64,000 nucleotides of DNA from UHGV virus genome UHGV-0211472, one strand, 5' to 3'. Both the position numbers and the translations under genes were made by a program. Position 1 is the first letter of the stretch, and the number at the start of each line of letters is the position of its first letter. The notes under the pieces were generated by a model. That model saw only the letters and a program-made list of their open reading frames with translations, was not told where the DNA came from and did not search any database. This stretch comes from a virus. Positions 23,199 to 30,910 of the stretch are shown piece by piece.

Positions 23199-23450
23199 TT
23201 AAACTCCTTTAGGAAATGGGATGAGGTTTTCTATTGCAACACGGAAAGGTTTTTCTACATTCTTATTTTTATAAGAGATGAACTTCCCATCAGCCCCACG
23301 AAGGATTACGTTAGTGCGAGCTGTATTGGGATCTAGATTGATCATAGAGGTGATGTTCTTTTTTGAGTTGTTGTAGTTGTTATCGAAAGTCCACTTATCC
23401 AGATGATTAGCTATTACATCAATAATAGTTACAGTTTTTACAATAGACAT
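23199..23450 (-). CDS. Hypothetical small protein (tandem paralogue B)
   Basis: See paralogue at 22913..23197. Confidence 0.4.
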   Translation of the reverse strand: MSIVKTVTIIDVIANHLDKWTFDNNYNNSKKNITSMINLDPNTARTNVILRGADGKFISYKNKNVEKPFRVAIENLIPFPKGV

Positions 23451-23487
23451 ATTTGTTACCTAAGAAATTTAATTTAGTTTATATAAA

Positions 23488-23514
23488 AGAAAAGGCCACC
23501 CGATTGGGTAGCCT
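23488..23514 (-). terminator. Rho-independent terminator (conserved GGCCACCCGATTGGG hairpin)
   Basis: AAAGGCCACCCGATTGGGTAGCC with flanking A/T runs; near-identical copy at 46162..46184. Confidence 0.4.
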
Positions 23515-23518
23515 CATA

Positions 23519-23836
23519 TTACGATGAGCTTAAAGCTCCTTTGCGAGATCCAGCTGCTTTTCCAGCTCGATCACCACTTTTGCCGCCGTTTGAACGGTTT
23601 GAGCTGACTGATTCAACACGTAAGTTGCTTGACGCATTAGAGCCTCCAGACTTGATAGCTCGTTTGTGTCCAACATCTTTACCTCTGACAGCAGCTTTTC
23701 CATCGCGCTTTTCAACGATGCGACGTGCACGGTGGCGCTGAGCATCTCCGCTCTTGCTCCCAATGCCTGTCTCACCACGGGCAATTGCGGTACGTCTTTC
23801 TTGTGCATAATCTCTCTTTCCTACATGGTCTGCCAT
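23519..23836 (-). CDS. Basic Gly/Ser/Arg/Lys-rich protein (KGG-repeat-like)
   Basis: 105 aa; alternative overlapping frame 23530..23808 encodes a helical 92 aa protein, so the frame choice is unresolved. Confidence 0.3.
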   Translation of the reverse strand: MADHVGKRDYAQERRTAIARGETGIGSKSGDAQRHRARRIVEKRDGKAAVRGKDVGHKRAIKSGGSNASSNLRVESVSSNRSNGGKSGDRAGKAAGSRKGALSSS

Positions 23837-23892
23837 TTAGAACTCCTTAATATATCAGTGTACACTAAGGAGTATACATTATAAGTTACTGT

Positions 23893-24630
23893 TTAAGCTT
23901 TCTTTTCCATTGCTTTAACAATCGCCTTACAGAAACCAGAACGAACAATGTCATCCGATTCGCCGTCTACAATCTCAGCAAACTCATACAGATCGTGTTC
24001 ATCAATAAAGTTAGTAGCCCAAGTTAGACCACTCTCGCGACCACGCATATCATGCTGGTTTGTATCACCCATGCAGAACAATTGAGAGGTTTCTCCCAAT
24101 CGAGTCATGATAGAGAAGGCTTCATCTTTAGTGGTGTTCTGGAACTCATCCACGATAACAATGGCATCATTGAAGGAACGACCACGGAGATATTCCAGAG
24201 GTACAAATTCAATGTTACCATTTCCGATCTGGCATTCATAGAATCCCTTACCATATCGCTGAGTGATAACATCAATGATAGGCATCAGGTAAGGTTCAAA
24301 TTTCTCACGCATTCCTCCCGGAAGTAATCCAAGAGAATTACCCATACCAACTGAAGGACGACTAAGAATGATCTTTTGAATCTTACCGCTCTTCAGTGCA
24401 TCGATAACTGTGGAGGTAATTACAAAGGTCTTACCACAGCCCGCAGGAGCGTCTGTGAACACAACTTGCTTAGTCTTGATAGCATTGAGTAGCTCAGACT
24501 GAAACTGGTTCTGAGGGACTACAGGCTTTGCTAAAACCACCTCTTCATACTCTCGCTTACCCTTACGAGTAACGAGTGCTTCCCGACGAAGGTCTTTCCG
24601 TGATTCTTTCCGTGATTGACGACGACTCAT
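23893..24630 (-). CDS. PhoH-like ATPase
   Basis: Walker A DAPAGCGKTF and PhoH-type downstream motifs. Confidence 0.75.
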   Translation of the reverse strand: MSRRQSRKESRKDLRREALVTRKGKREYEEVVLAKPVVPQNQFQSELLNAIKTKQVVFTDAPAGCGKTFVITSTVIDALKSGKIQKIILSRPSVGMGNSLGLLPGGMREKFEPYLMPIIDVITQRYGKGFYECQIGNGNIEFVPLEYLRGRSFNDAIVIVDEFQNTTKDEAFSIMTRLGETSQLFCMGDTNQHDMRGRESGLTWATNFIDEHDLYEFAEIVDGESDDIVRSGFCKAIVKAMEKKA

Positions 24631-24812
24631 TTACGCTCTCCAATTTCTTCGTAATGACACTCAGTAGTTAAGCAGTCTTTACAGATTGCTGTATAAACCC
24701 TGACGTTAGTAAATCGTTTGTTCTTCCCTTTGGTTGGAGAGTCTTTGGCAAGCTCTCTGATAACCTTGTTACTTAAATGAAGGTTTGTTCCTTCACATCT
24801 AGAGCACTTCAT
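24627..24812 (-). CDS. Small zinc-ribbon protein
   Basis: CxxC ... CxxC spacing (CSRC ... CKDC). Confidence 0.4.
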   Translation of the reverse strand: MKCSRCEGTNLHLSNKVIRELAKDSPTKGKNKRFTNVRVYTAICKDCLTTECHYEEIGERK

Positions 24813-25128
24813 GGTTCATATCTTTATGAATCCTGTAAACAGCTGTCGCCATACAAGCAACAGCCTCATTGTGTGGGAGGTGCATCCCTGTAGAACCATC
24901 CCAATCTTTGAACTCATTGTCAAAGACTCCAGTAGGTTCTGGATACAGAGCTTGCAGCTCAACCAAATCATTAGCAACTTGTTGCCATTTATCATCAGAC
25001 CAGATAGGGTCATCCAACCAGTAATACAAATAGGAATGGATGATCAATTGCCTTCTGTGCCGATTAATTATTTCAGCGGGACTTATCTCACTTCCGTTTG
25101 AAGTCCTAAATGTATTACTGTCAATCAT
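24799..25128 (-). CDS. Hypothetical protein
   Basis: 109 aa ORF. Confidence 0.4.
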   Translation of the reverse strand: MIDSNTFRTSNGSEISPAEIINRHRRQLIIHSYLYYWLDDPIWSDDKWQQVANDLVELQALYPEPTGVFDNEFKDWDGSTGMHLPHNEAVACMATAVYRIHKDMNHEVL

Positions 25129-25130
25129 GA

Positions 25131-25787
25131 TTACTTATTCCAAGTAGTTGATAAGGCTTTCCAAGAGATTGGATAGAGCTTCTTCATCTCTTCATCAATA
25201 GTTTGTGCAAATAGTCGGACCTCATACTGAGCGTGTTCTGACAGACGTTGACGGCATACTTCTGACCAGCCATATAAGGAGCCAGTCCAGATCCACTCCG
25301 TCGTCATTCCCTGAGGTAGGACAAACCGAGCTTGCTCAGGGGCAATCAGGTCAATCAGTTTTTCATAATTACTAACAGCTACTTCATATGCCTCGTTAAT
25401 CAGTGTGAGAGCTTCTGCACGGGCTTCGTCTTGTAATAGGATACCAGAACCTTTGTGAAGGTCTTCAGGTCGGGAGAAGATCTCTTGTGGAATGAATACA
25501 TCAACGTCTCCATCTTTATATCGACGGCTCATCTCATTCCAGCTAAACCCCGTCTGATGTTTTCCTAGCTGGCGAGCAATAGCAATAGGTGCTACACATC
25601 GGAAGGTTACTTGTGGGTGCCTAAAAGGAGTCACATGTTTTTCACGAGCGAGGAAGTTGATGAGACGTTCATCACGTTCATTTAAATCACCTTCACGGGT
25701 TACTCCAAAGGATACACGAGCTGCATTTACTACAGTTTTATCCGAGCCTAAAAACTCTACCAGTTCTGCTTTAAGCTGATCATTCAT
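25131..25787 (-). CDS. Flavin-dependent thymidylate synthase (ThyX)-like
   Basis: ThyX-like N-terminus (GSDKTVVNAARVSFGV) and ...SRRY core; canonical RHR triad appears as KHQ. Confidence 0.55.
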   Translation of the reverse strand: MNDQLKAELVEFLGSDKTVVNAARVSFGVTREGDLNERDERLINFLAREKHVTPFRHPQVTFRCVAPIAIARQLGKHQTGFSWNEMSRRYKDGDVDVFIPQEIFSRPEDLHKGSGILLQDEARAEALTLINEAYEVAVSNYEKLIDLIAPEQARFVLPQGMTTEWIWTGSLYGWSEVCRQRLSEHAQYEVRLFAQTIDEEMKKLYPISWKALSTTWNK

Positions 25788-25818
25788 TACTTTTTCTCTC
25801 CATCCATGAATTTCCTTA

Positions 25819-26028
25819 TTAATATTCTTTTACATAATAAACCACTAAGGTTCCCATCTCTGACAATGTTGATTTATGTAAGCTTACTTTACTATAAATC
25901 TTTGGAGACATCTTAAGAGCCTTCTTAAAACGGCGAGCGTCTTTACGAGTAGCAAAGTGCTCTGTAACAGGTATAGCCGGGTCTTGGTAGAGGTAGTATA
26001 CCACCGTCCAATATTTTTTCATAATCAA
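25819..26028 (-). CDS. Small protein (paralogue of 27504..27731)
   Basis: MKKYW... start and AR.FKK...S.HK pattern shared with 27504..27731. Confidence 0.35.
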   Translation of the reverse strand: MIMKKYWTVVYYLYQDPAIPVTEHFATRKDARRFKKALKMSPKIYSKVSLHKSTLSEMGTLVVYYVKEY

Positions 26029-26297
26029 ACACCTAGGGCAGTAGTTAAGAATGCTTTCAGGTTTGCTTCGGTTTGCATACCAGAGAGGCTGTAATGTGCA
26101 CCACTGTTACGGTCAGGTACAACGAAAGCAGGGATGCTACGAACTCCGTACTTAACAGCTTGTTCACGACCATCACCTTCAAGGATGTTAATCTCTTCCA
26201 CTTCTACATCGAACTCCTTAACAACCTTCTCAAAGATAGGAGCCATTGCTTTACATGGAGCACACTGATCACTATAAAACTTAATCACTTTAGACAT
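26025..26297 (-). CDS. Thioredoxin-like protein
   Basis: 90 aa with CAPC redox motif in Trx-like context (FYSDQCAPCKAM). Confidence 0.6.
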   Translation of the reverse strand: MSKVIKFYSDQCAPCKAMAPIFEKVVKEFDVEVEEINILEGDGREQAVKYGVRSIPAFVVPDRNSGAHYSLSGMQTEANLKAFLTTALGV

Positions 26298-26303
26298 GTA
26301 AAC

Positions 26304-26483
26304 CCTTATGCAGTCAGGAGGTGAAGCAGGAATGGGATAACAACAGCTACAATAACCATGATGGTTGATGCTGTTTGAAGCTCACCTTTCTTGTCAGGGG
26401 TTTCTTCAATAAGCTTACCAGAAGCCCAATAAACACCACCACCAATAAAGATAGCCCAAATACCCCATACGATTGCTGATAAC
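26304..26483 (-). CDS. Small two-helix membrane protein
   Basis: 59 aa ORF (MLSAIVWGIWAIFIGGGVYW...) with AAGGA upstream; below the track's 60 aa cutoff; competes with track ORF 26347..26646. Confidence 0.3.
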
Positions 26484-26545
26484 ATATATCTATATCCTTA
26501 TAAATAAGTTCGCCCCACCTCGGGTTAGGAGACAGGGCGTAGGTT

Positions 26546-27109
26546 TTAGTAAGACACATCACCACTTGAATGGGACATGTTGCTCTTGACAAAGTAACAA
26601 TACTTGCCAAGACCTTCATTAATTTCTTGAAGCATACTCTGATCAACTGGATAAGTAGCTAAATCGCCATCAAACTCATCCATCTTCTCAATAATACACA
26701 TCAAGGTCATGCACATATCAGAGAGCATACCATCCATGTCTAGATCAGCATTACCCTCTGAGAACCAAGCATGAGAGAGGTAGTTAGCTGCTGTAGCATC
26801 CACTTTAACACAGTGGTAGCGCATACGTTCAGCAATACGATCTCCTACTTGTCGTGCGTAATCTTCCAGCTCGTCAAACATACCATGAACACCCTGAAAC
26901 CCTGCACCAGAGACGTTCCAGTGGTAGTTCTTAGCTTTGATATGCAAGAGTTCCATGTTAGCTTGTAAGCAGCTCAGGATGTGTTCTAGGCTGTTTCCGC
27001 TAATCATGCCTTGCATCGTTTCAAGGCGAGAGATTGAAAGCTCAGACCGGTCTAACACACTATAGCTGTCACGACCAATCTCAGGTAAATCAAAAACATT
27101 CTTATGCAT
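26546..27109 (-). CDS. Dps/ferritin-like protein
   Basis: Dps-type motifs YHWNVSGAGFQGVHGMFDE and VGDRIAERM; start set to ATG (MHKNVF) with GGAGA upstream. Confidence 0.5.
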   Translation of the reverse strand: MHKNVFDLPEIGRDSYSVLDRSELSISRLETMQGMISGNSLEHILSCLQANMELLHIKAKNYHWNVSGAGFQGVHGMFDELEDYARQVGDRIAERMRYHCVKVDATAANYLSHAWFSEGNADLDMDGMLSDMCMTLMCIIEKMDEFDGDLATYPVDQSMLQEINEGLGKYCYFVKSNMSHSSGDVSY

Positions 27110-27431
27110 TTGGCTTTTCTCCATCAAGTTCAACTGAATTAGCAACGTTACGTTCCAGATTGTCAATTACCTGCTGGGTAATTACGATGCAGTTCTGTGG
27201 ATCTACTGACTTAGAACGCCCCATTTCAGGGTCATACACCTTAACACGCTTAGCAGTTGAACCTGTAACCTGAAGAACCTTCAACAGATATCCCTGATTA
27301 CCAATAGACCAAGCAACAACATCACGATTCTTGATAAAGCGACCAAGCATATCACGATGATAAAACTGTTGCATCACCTTGGATTTTGTAATCTCTTCAG
27401 TGGGCGGGGCCACTTTACTCAAATCTAACAT
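27102..27431 (-). CDS. Hypothetical protein
   Basis: 109 aa ORF. Confidence 0.4.
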   Translation of the reverse strand: MLDLSKVAPPTEEITKSKVMQQFYHRDMLGRFIKNRDVVAWSIGNQGYLLKVLQVTGSTAKRVKVYDPEMGRSKSVDPQNCIVITQQVIDNLERNVANSVELDGEKPNA

Positions 27432-27503
27432 AACTCTCTCCTGTAAAATACAAATTCTTATTGTACTCTATATACATTTGAGAGTTACCATATCTACTAC
27501 CAA

Positions 27504-27731
27504 TTAGTAGTGTACTTTTCCACTGAGATAAACACGACCAGAGGAATATTCTCTGGCCTTATGGATGCTAACGCTCTTAGTTAAGTCCCCATGAAACATA
27601 GACTTTTTAAAATCTCGAGCCCGTTGACGAGTAGGTAATGAGGTCATAGTCGTACAACCAGATGACCACTTAATCTTCACTAACCAGAACTTTTTCATAA
27701 TGATATCACACACCTTTAGACGCAACCACAC
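27504..27731 (-). CDS. Small protein (paralogue of 25819..26028)
   Basis: MKKFW... start; see 25819..26028. Confidence 0.35.
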   Translation of the reverse strand: MWLRLKVCDIIMKKFWLVKIKWSSGCTTMTSLPTRQRARDFKKSMFHGDLTKSVSIHKAREYSSGRVYLSGKVHY

Positions 27732-28239
27732 CTTCAGAGTTATTATAACGACCCTTCACTGCATAAGAATGCTCTCCTGCATGAGAGTGCTCAAACATAA
27801 CCATCTGACCAACACGCATACCAGAACGGATTCTTAAGCTGTGATGTTTGGTCACATTATGAAATTCAAACGTCAATTTACTGTTATTAAACCCCCCATC
27901 TGCCCACCCGGCGTGAAGATGGTTCAAACCACAACGAGCCATAGATGAACGAAGAACAAACAAGCTTGAGATGTTATCTGGAAGGTTAAACTCTTCCATA
28001 GAGTGAGCCAAGAAGAACTGACCCGGAGTAATAACCAAACCCTCTTCAGGAATCTTTACTTCCTTCCACTGAAGATTCTCTTTCGCATCAATATCAACGA
28101 TGCCATCAGCCTGTTCTTCAACAAGGATAGTATCACCAATACGGATATCCACACTAGCAGCGTTAACATACTTATGCTCCGCATCCAAATAGCCATTGTC
28201 AATTACATCGTGCAGTTCAACACTTCCTAGTAAACTCAT
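27706..28239 (-). CDS. dCTP deaminase / dUTPase-family protein
   Basis: 177 aa; Dcd-like core ...GWADGGFNNSKLTFEFHN... Confidence 0.7.
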   Translation of the reverse strand: MSLLGSVELHDVIDNGYLDAEHKYVNAASVDIRIGDTILVEEQADGIVDIDAKENLQWKEVKIPEEGLVITPGQFFLAHSMEEFNLPDNISSLFVLRSSMARCGLNHLHAGWADGGFNNSKLTFEFHNVTKHHSLRIRSGMRVGQMVMFEHSHAGEHSYAVKGRYNNSEGVVASKGV

Positions 28240-28260
28240 TCTTATTCCTTAGTTATTTGT

Positions 28261-29562
28261 TCACACTTCAAAAGAGAAACCGCGACCCGATTCATCGGCA
28301 AACCGAACTGTACGGGTTTGAGGTTCTAATACTTCAGGGTTGTTGGCAACAAATCTATCAGCGAGGCTATCTCCTAAATCCTCTATCACATCTTCATCAG
28401 TCCACACAGTCCTAACCGGTACATCAAAGTCACCAGCAACAAAACCCTGACCGGAGAATTGACGTGCGCTGACAGTAAAGTCATTTGACCGACCACGAGA
28501 AGAACCAGTCATCCACCGCTCTGTAGAACCGTTCGTAATACCAAGAGCCTCTTCAAAAGATGTTCTAGGATCGGGGCTTTCACTTCGTGACTCTTGTGCT
28601 CGACGCATTTCAGGGACTGCAAACACCCCTTCCATTGTGTTGTGATGATTAGTCTCATCTTCCCGACCAAGTAGATCTCCACTTGTATTGGTTGTTAAGT
28701 TTGTCAACCCTTCAGACCAATACGCACTAATCTGACTAGATCCATGAACACTTGACATTAACTGGATTTCTTCATAAGGGATTCCAAAGAATCGACTCAT
28801 GTCACGATTAACACAATACTGAGCACTTGTTGTATCCTCAACAAGAGCAACCTGACCCCATTCATTGATCAGATGACTGACCGGTTGAGGTGTGGGAAGA
28901 TATCGAGATTGTGCCATATATTGGTATGCAACAGATGGAGCGGAGAATCTTAATACCTGTGAATTAGGCCACTTCTTGTGAACATACTTGATTTCACGAC
29001 CAGAAACAACTACTGGACAGGGGGAGGTCATAGCCAAATATCCATGAGGGGTCATGAATAGATTGTCAAGAGTAATCGCACCACGGCACATCATAGGAAA
29101 GCTGTCCAACACCTCTTCAATAGAAGTAGGATAGTTAAACATGAATTGGATACGAACCCCACTCCACTGGAACTCAATAATATCGGTAAATGTTAACAGA
29201 GATCCTTCAGCGTAGGCTTCATTCGTAGCTTCAGCAAGAAGGGAAGAGTACTCAATATCTTGAGACTCGAGCCACTCTTTCACGTTACTTTCAACCTCTC
29301 GTCCGAGATCTTGCCACTGGTCATGGTGGATAAAGGTGTTTCGAGTTCTTGGGGCCTGTCCTCTGACAATAAAGATATCAATGTCATGAGGTGCTCTGTT
29401 ATTAAGAACAGCATCACGAACAGCCCCACCAGTGATGATGGGACAAATACAGTCTGGAATCAAGTTGTTGTTAATCAGCTGTTCAATGAAGTGACGACCA
29501 ACAGCGATATCAGGTTGTTGAGCAACCTTATCTGCAATTCGGTTAATCGGGATAACAATCAT
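28261..29562 (-). CDS. Nucleotidyltransferase (CCA-adding / poly(A) polymerase head-domain type)
   Basis: IITGGAVRDAVLN-x9-DIDIFI matches the GGxVRD...DxD head motif; start moved to ATG MIVIPINR to avoid 56 nt overlap. Confidence 0.5.
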   Translation of the reverse strand: MIVIPINRIADKVAQQPDIAVGRHFIEQLINNNLIPDCICPIITGGAVRDAVLNNRAPHDIDIFIVRGQAPRTRNTFIHHDQWQDLGREVESNVKEWLESQDIEYSSLLAEATNEAYAEGSLLTFTDIIEFQWSGVRIQFMFNYPTSIEEVLDSFPMMCRGAITLDNLFMTPHGYLAMTSPCPVVVSGREIKYVHKKWPNSQVLRFSAPSVAYQYMAQSRYLPTPQPVSHLINEWGQVALVEDTTSAQYCVNRDMSRFFGIPYEEIQLMSSVHGSSQISAYWSEGLTNLTTNTSGDLLGREDETNHHNTMEGVFAVPEMRRAQESRSESPDPRTSFEEALGITNGSTERWMTGSSRGRSNDFTVSARQFSGQGFVAGDFDVPVRTVWTDEDVIEDLGDSLADRFVANNPEVLEPQTRTVRFADESGRGFSFEV

Positions 29563-29563
29563 T

Positions 29564-30121
29564 TTACATTTTCCAATATAATGAAGGTGGGTCGTAAGGG
29601 TCAAATCCTGTGAGTTCACACAAGTATTTATAAACCTTAACAGTTAAATTAACGTCCTGTTCACAATAAGTAAACATATCCTCAGTGAAAGCATCCCATG
29701 CTTCCTCTTGCTCACCGTAATCACCTTTAAGTTCCCCTAAGAACTCACCCCATTGCTTCAAGCCATGACCTCTTGGGCCATGTCTAGGGTCGCCTTTCGG
29801 GTACTCAGGACTGTCACCAATACGGTCAGGTTTAAGATATCGACTAAGACATAAAGTGTCAAAGACGTTAAAACGATAGTTAATCAGATTGGGATACATC
29901 TTCTTCAGAGCACAAAGGTCGAAGTCAATAATATTGTGACCCACGAGCACATCTGCTTCTGTAAGTTTATGAATCCCATCTTCAATTTGGTGAGGCCGAT
30001 AGCCCCACCTTTCACCAGTTTCAACATCGAAAACATAAATACACCATACTTTGGTTATATCATCGTATAGTGCATTACTCTCAATATCGAATGCAAACAC
30101 TTTCTTCTTTTTCTTTACCAC
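29564..30121 (-). CDS. 3'-5' proofreading exonuclease (T7 gp5 N-terminal domain-like), stand-alone
   Basis: Exo I FDIES, Exo [11 protein letters not shown], Exo III YCEQDV; colinear with T7 DNA polymerase residues ~1-190. Confidence 0.75.
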   Translation of the reverse strand: MVKKKKKVFAFDIESNALYDDITKVWCIYVFDVETGERWGYRPHQIEDGIHKLTEADVLVGHNIIDFDLCALKKMYPNLINYRFNVFDTLCLSRYLKPDRIGDSPEYPKGDPRHGPRGHGLKQWGEFLGELKGDYGEQEEAWDAFTEDMFTYCEQDVNLTVKVYKYLCELTGFDPYDPPSLYWKM

Positions 30122-30660
30122 GGTGAAGCTCCATCTGCTTGGCTGACGAGAGAAGCTGCATCCTCTCCGTTAGTTAAAACGAATGGATTATCTTCATCAA
30201 CTTCAAAGTCTTCCCTTTCTACAAGTCTACCGGTTTCACTGATATACTTAGTATAACAGACACCTGTCTGACCGTAGTTACGTTCTTTCAGTAATCGAAT
30301 GACTGAGAGGTTCTTAGCTAAGCCGTCAGCTTGCTTGTCACGCTCAAAGCCAATGATACACTGACACCAACGCATAAGAGAACGAGAGCCAGTGAACTGT
30401 ACTTCACGTACCTGTCCACCTTCTTCATGAGGAGCACCACCTGCCGGAGCATTAAGGTGAGATAGCACGAAAGCGGTAAAGTCTAACTCTTTACACATAC
30501 CAGCAAGCTCGGAAGCGATCTTACTGATTTCAGTGTTAATCTCTGAAGGTGTTAAATGAGATACCAGAGCGGTAATGTTATCAAGGATGATAAATTTACA
30601 CTGGTTTTCAACTACCCAGAAACGAATACACTGTTTAATGTCTTCCCATTCGTTTTGCAA
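30115..30660 (-). CDS. Primase-helicase, 3' exon (helicase motifs H2-H4)
   Basis: [10 protein letters not shown] and QFTGSRS helicase motifs; no Walker A; frame is open upstream to a TGA with no ATG/GTG; true exon start likely at 30675 or 30690. Confidence 0.7.
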   Translation of the reverse strand: MQNEWEDIKQCIRFWVVENQCKFIILDNITALVSHLTPSEINTEISKIASELAGMCKELDFTAFVLSHLNAPAGGAPHEEGGQVREVQFTGSRSLMRWCQCIIGFERDKQADGLAKNLSVIRLLKERNYGQTGVCYTKYISETGRLVEREDFEVDEDNPFVLTNGEDAASLVSQADGASPW

Positions 30661-30910
30661 TAATTCAATGAAGGACGCAACTCCTTCACCCGTAGCATTA
30701 TATCTACTGCCCGTGGTTTCCCACGGGATTGGACTATATCATCACTCCTATTAAGGAGGCTAGGCGCTTCCACTAGCATTAGCTTCTAGTGTACTCCTTT
30801 CGGATAGTCTCTGCACTTTCTAGGATGTATCCTAGCTTAGCTCAGGATTGGCATATCTTTCGACTTAGCTTTCCCTGAATTCACCTAGTTTTACTTCGGC
30901 CATTGTGTTA
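30661..30910 (-). ncRNA. Group I self-splicing intron (subgroup IA-like) in primase-helicase gene
   Basis: Minus-strand P/Q/R/S cores GAATTCAGGGAAAGC, CAATCCTGAGC, GCAGAGACTATCC, GATATAGTCCAA; P9 CCCGTGG-GAAA-CCACGGG; guide GGCCGAAG pairs with exon end ACTTCGGT; 3' boundary uncertain (30676 or 30691). Confidence 0.6.

Noticed and set aside
26347-26646. Track ORF 26347..26646 (-, 99 aa)
   Set aside because: Overlaps a better-supported 59 aa membrane-protein ORF (26304..26483) and the Dps-like gene end; its N-terminal part has no RBS
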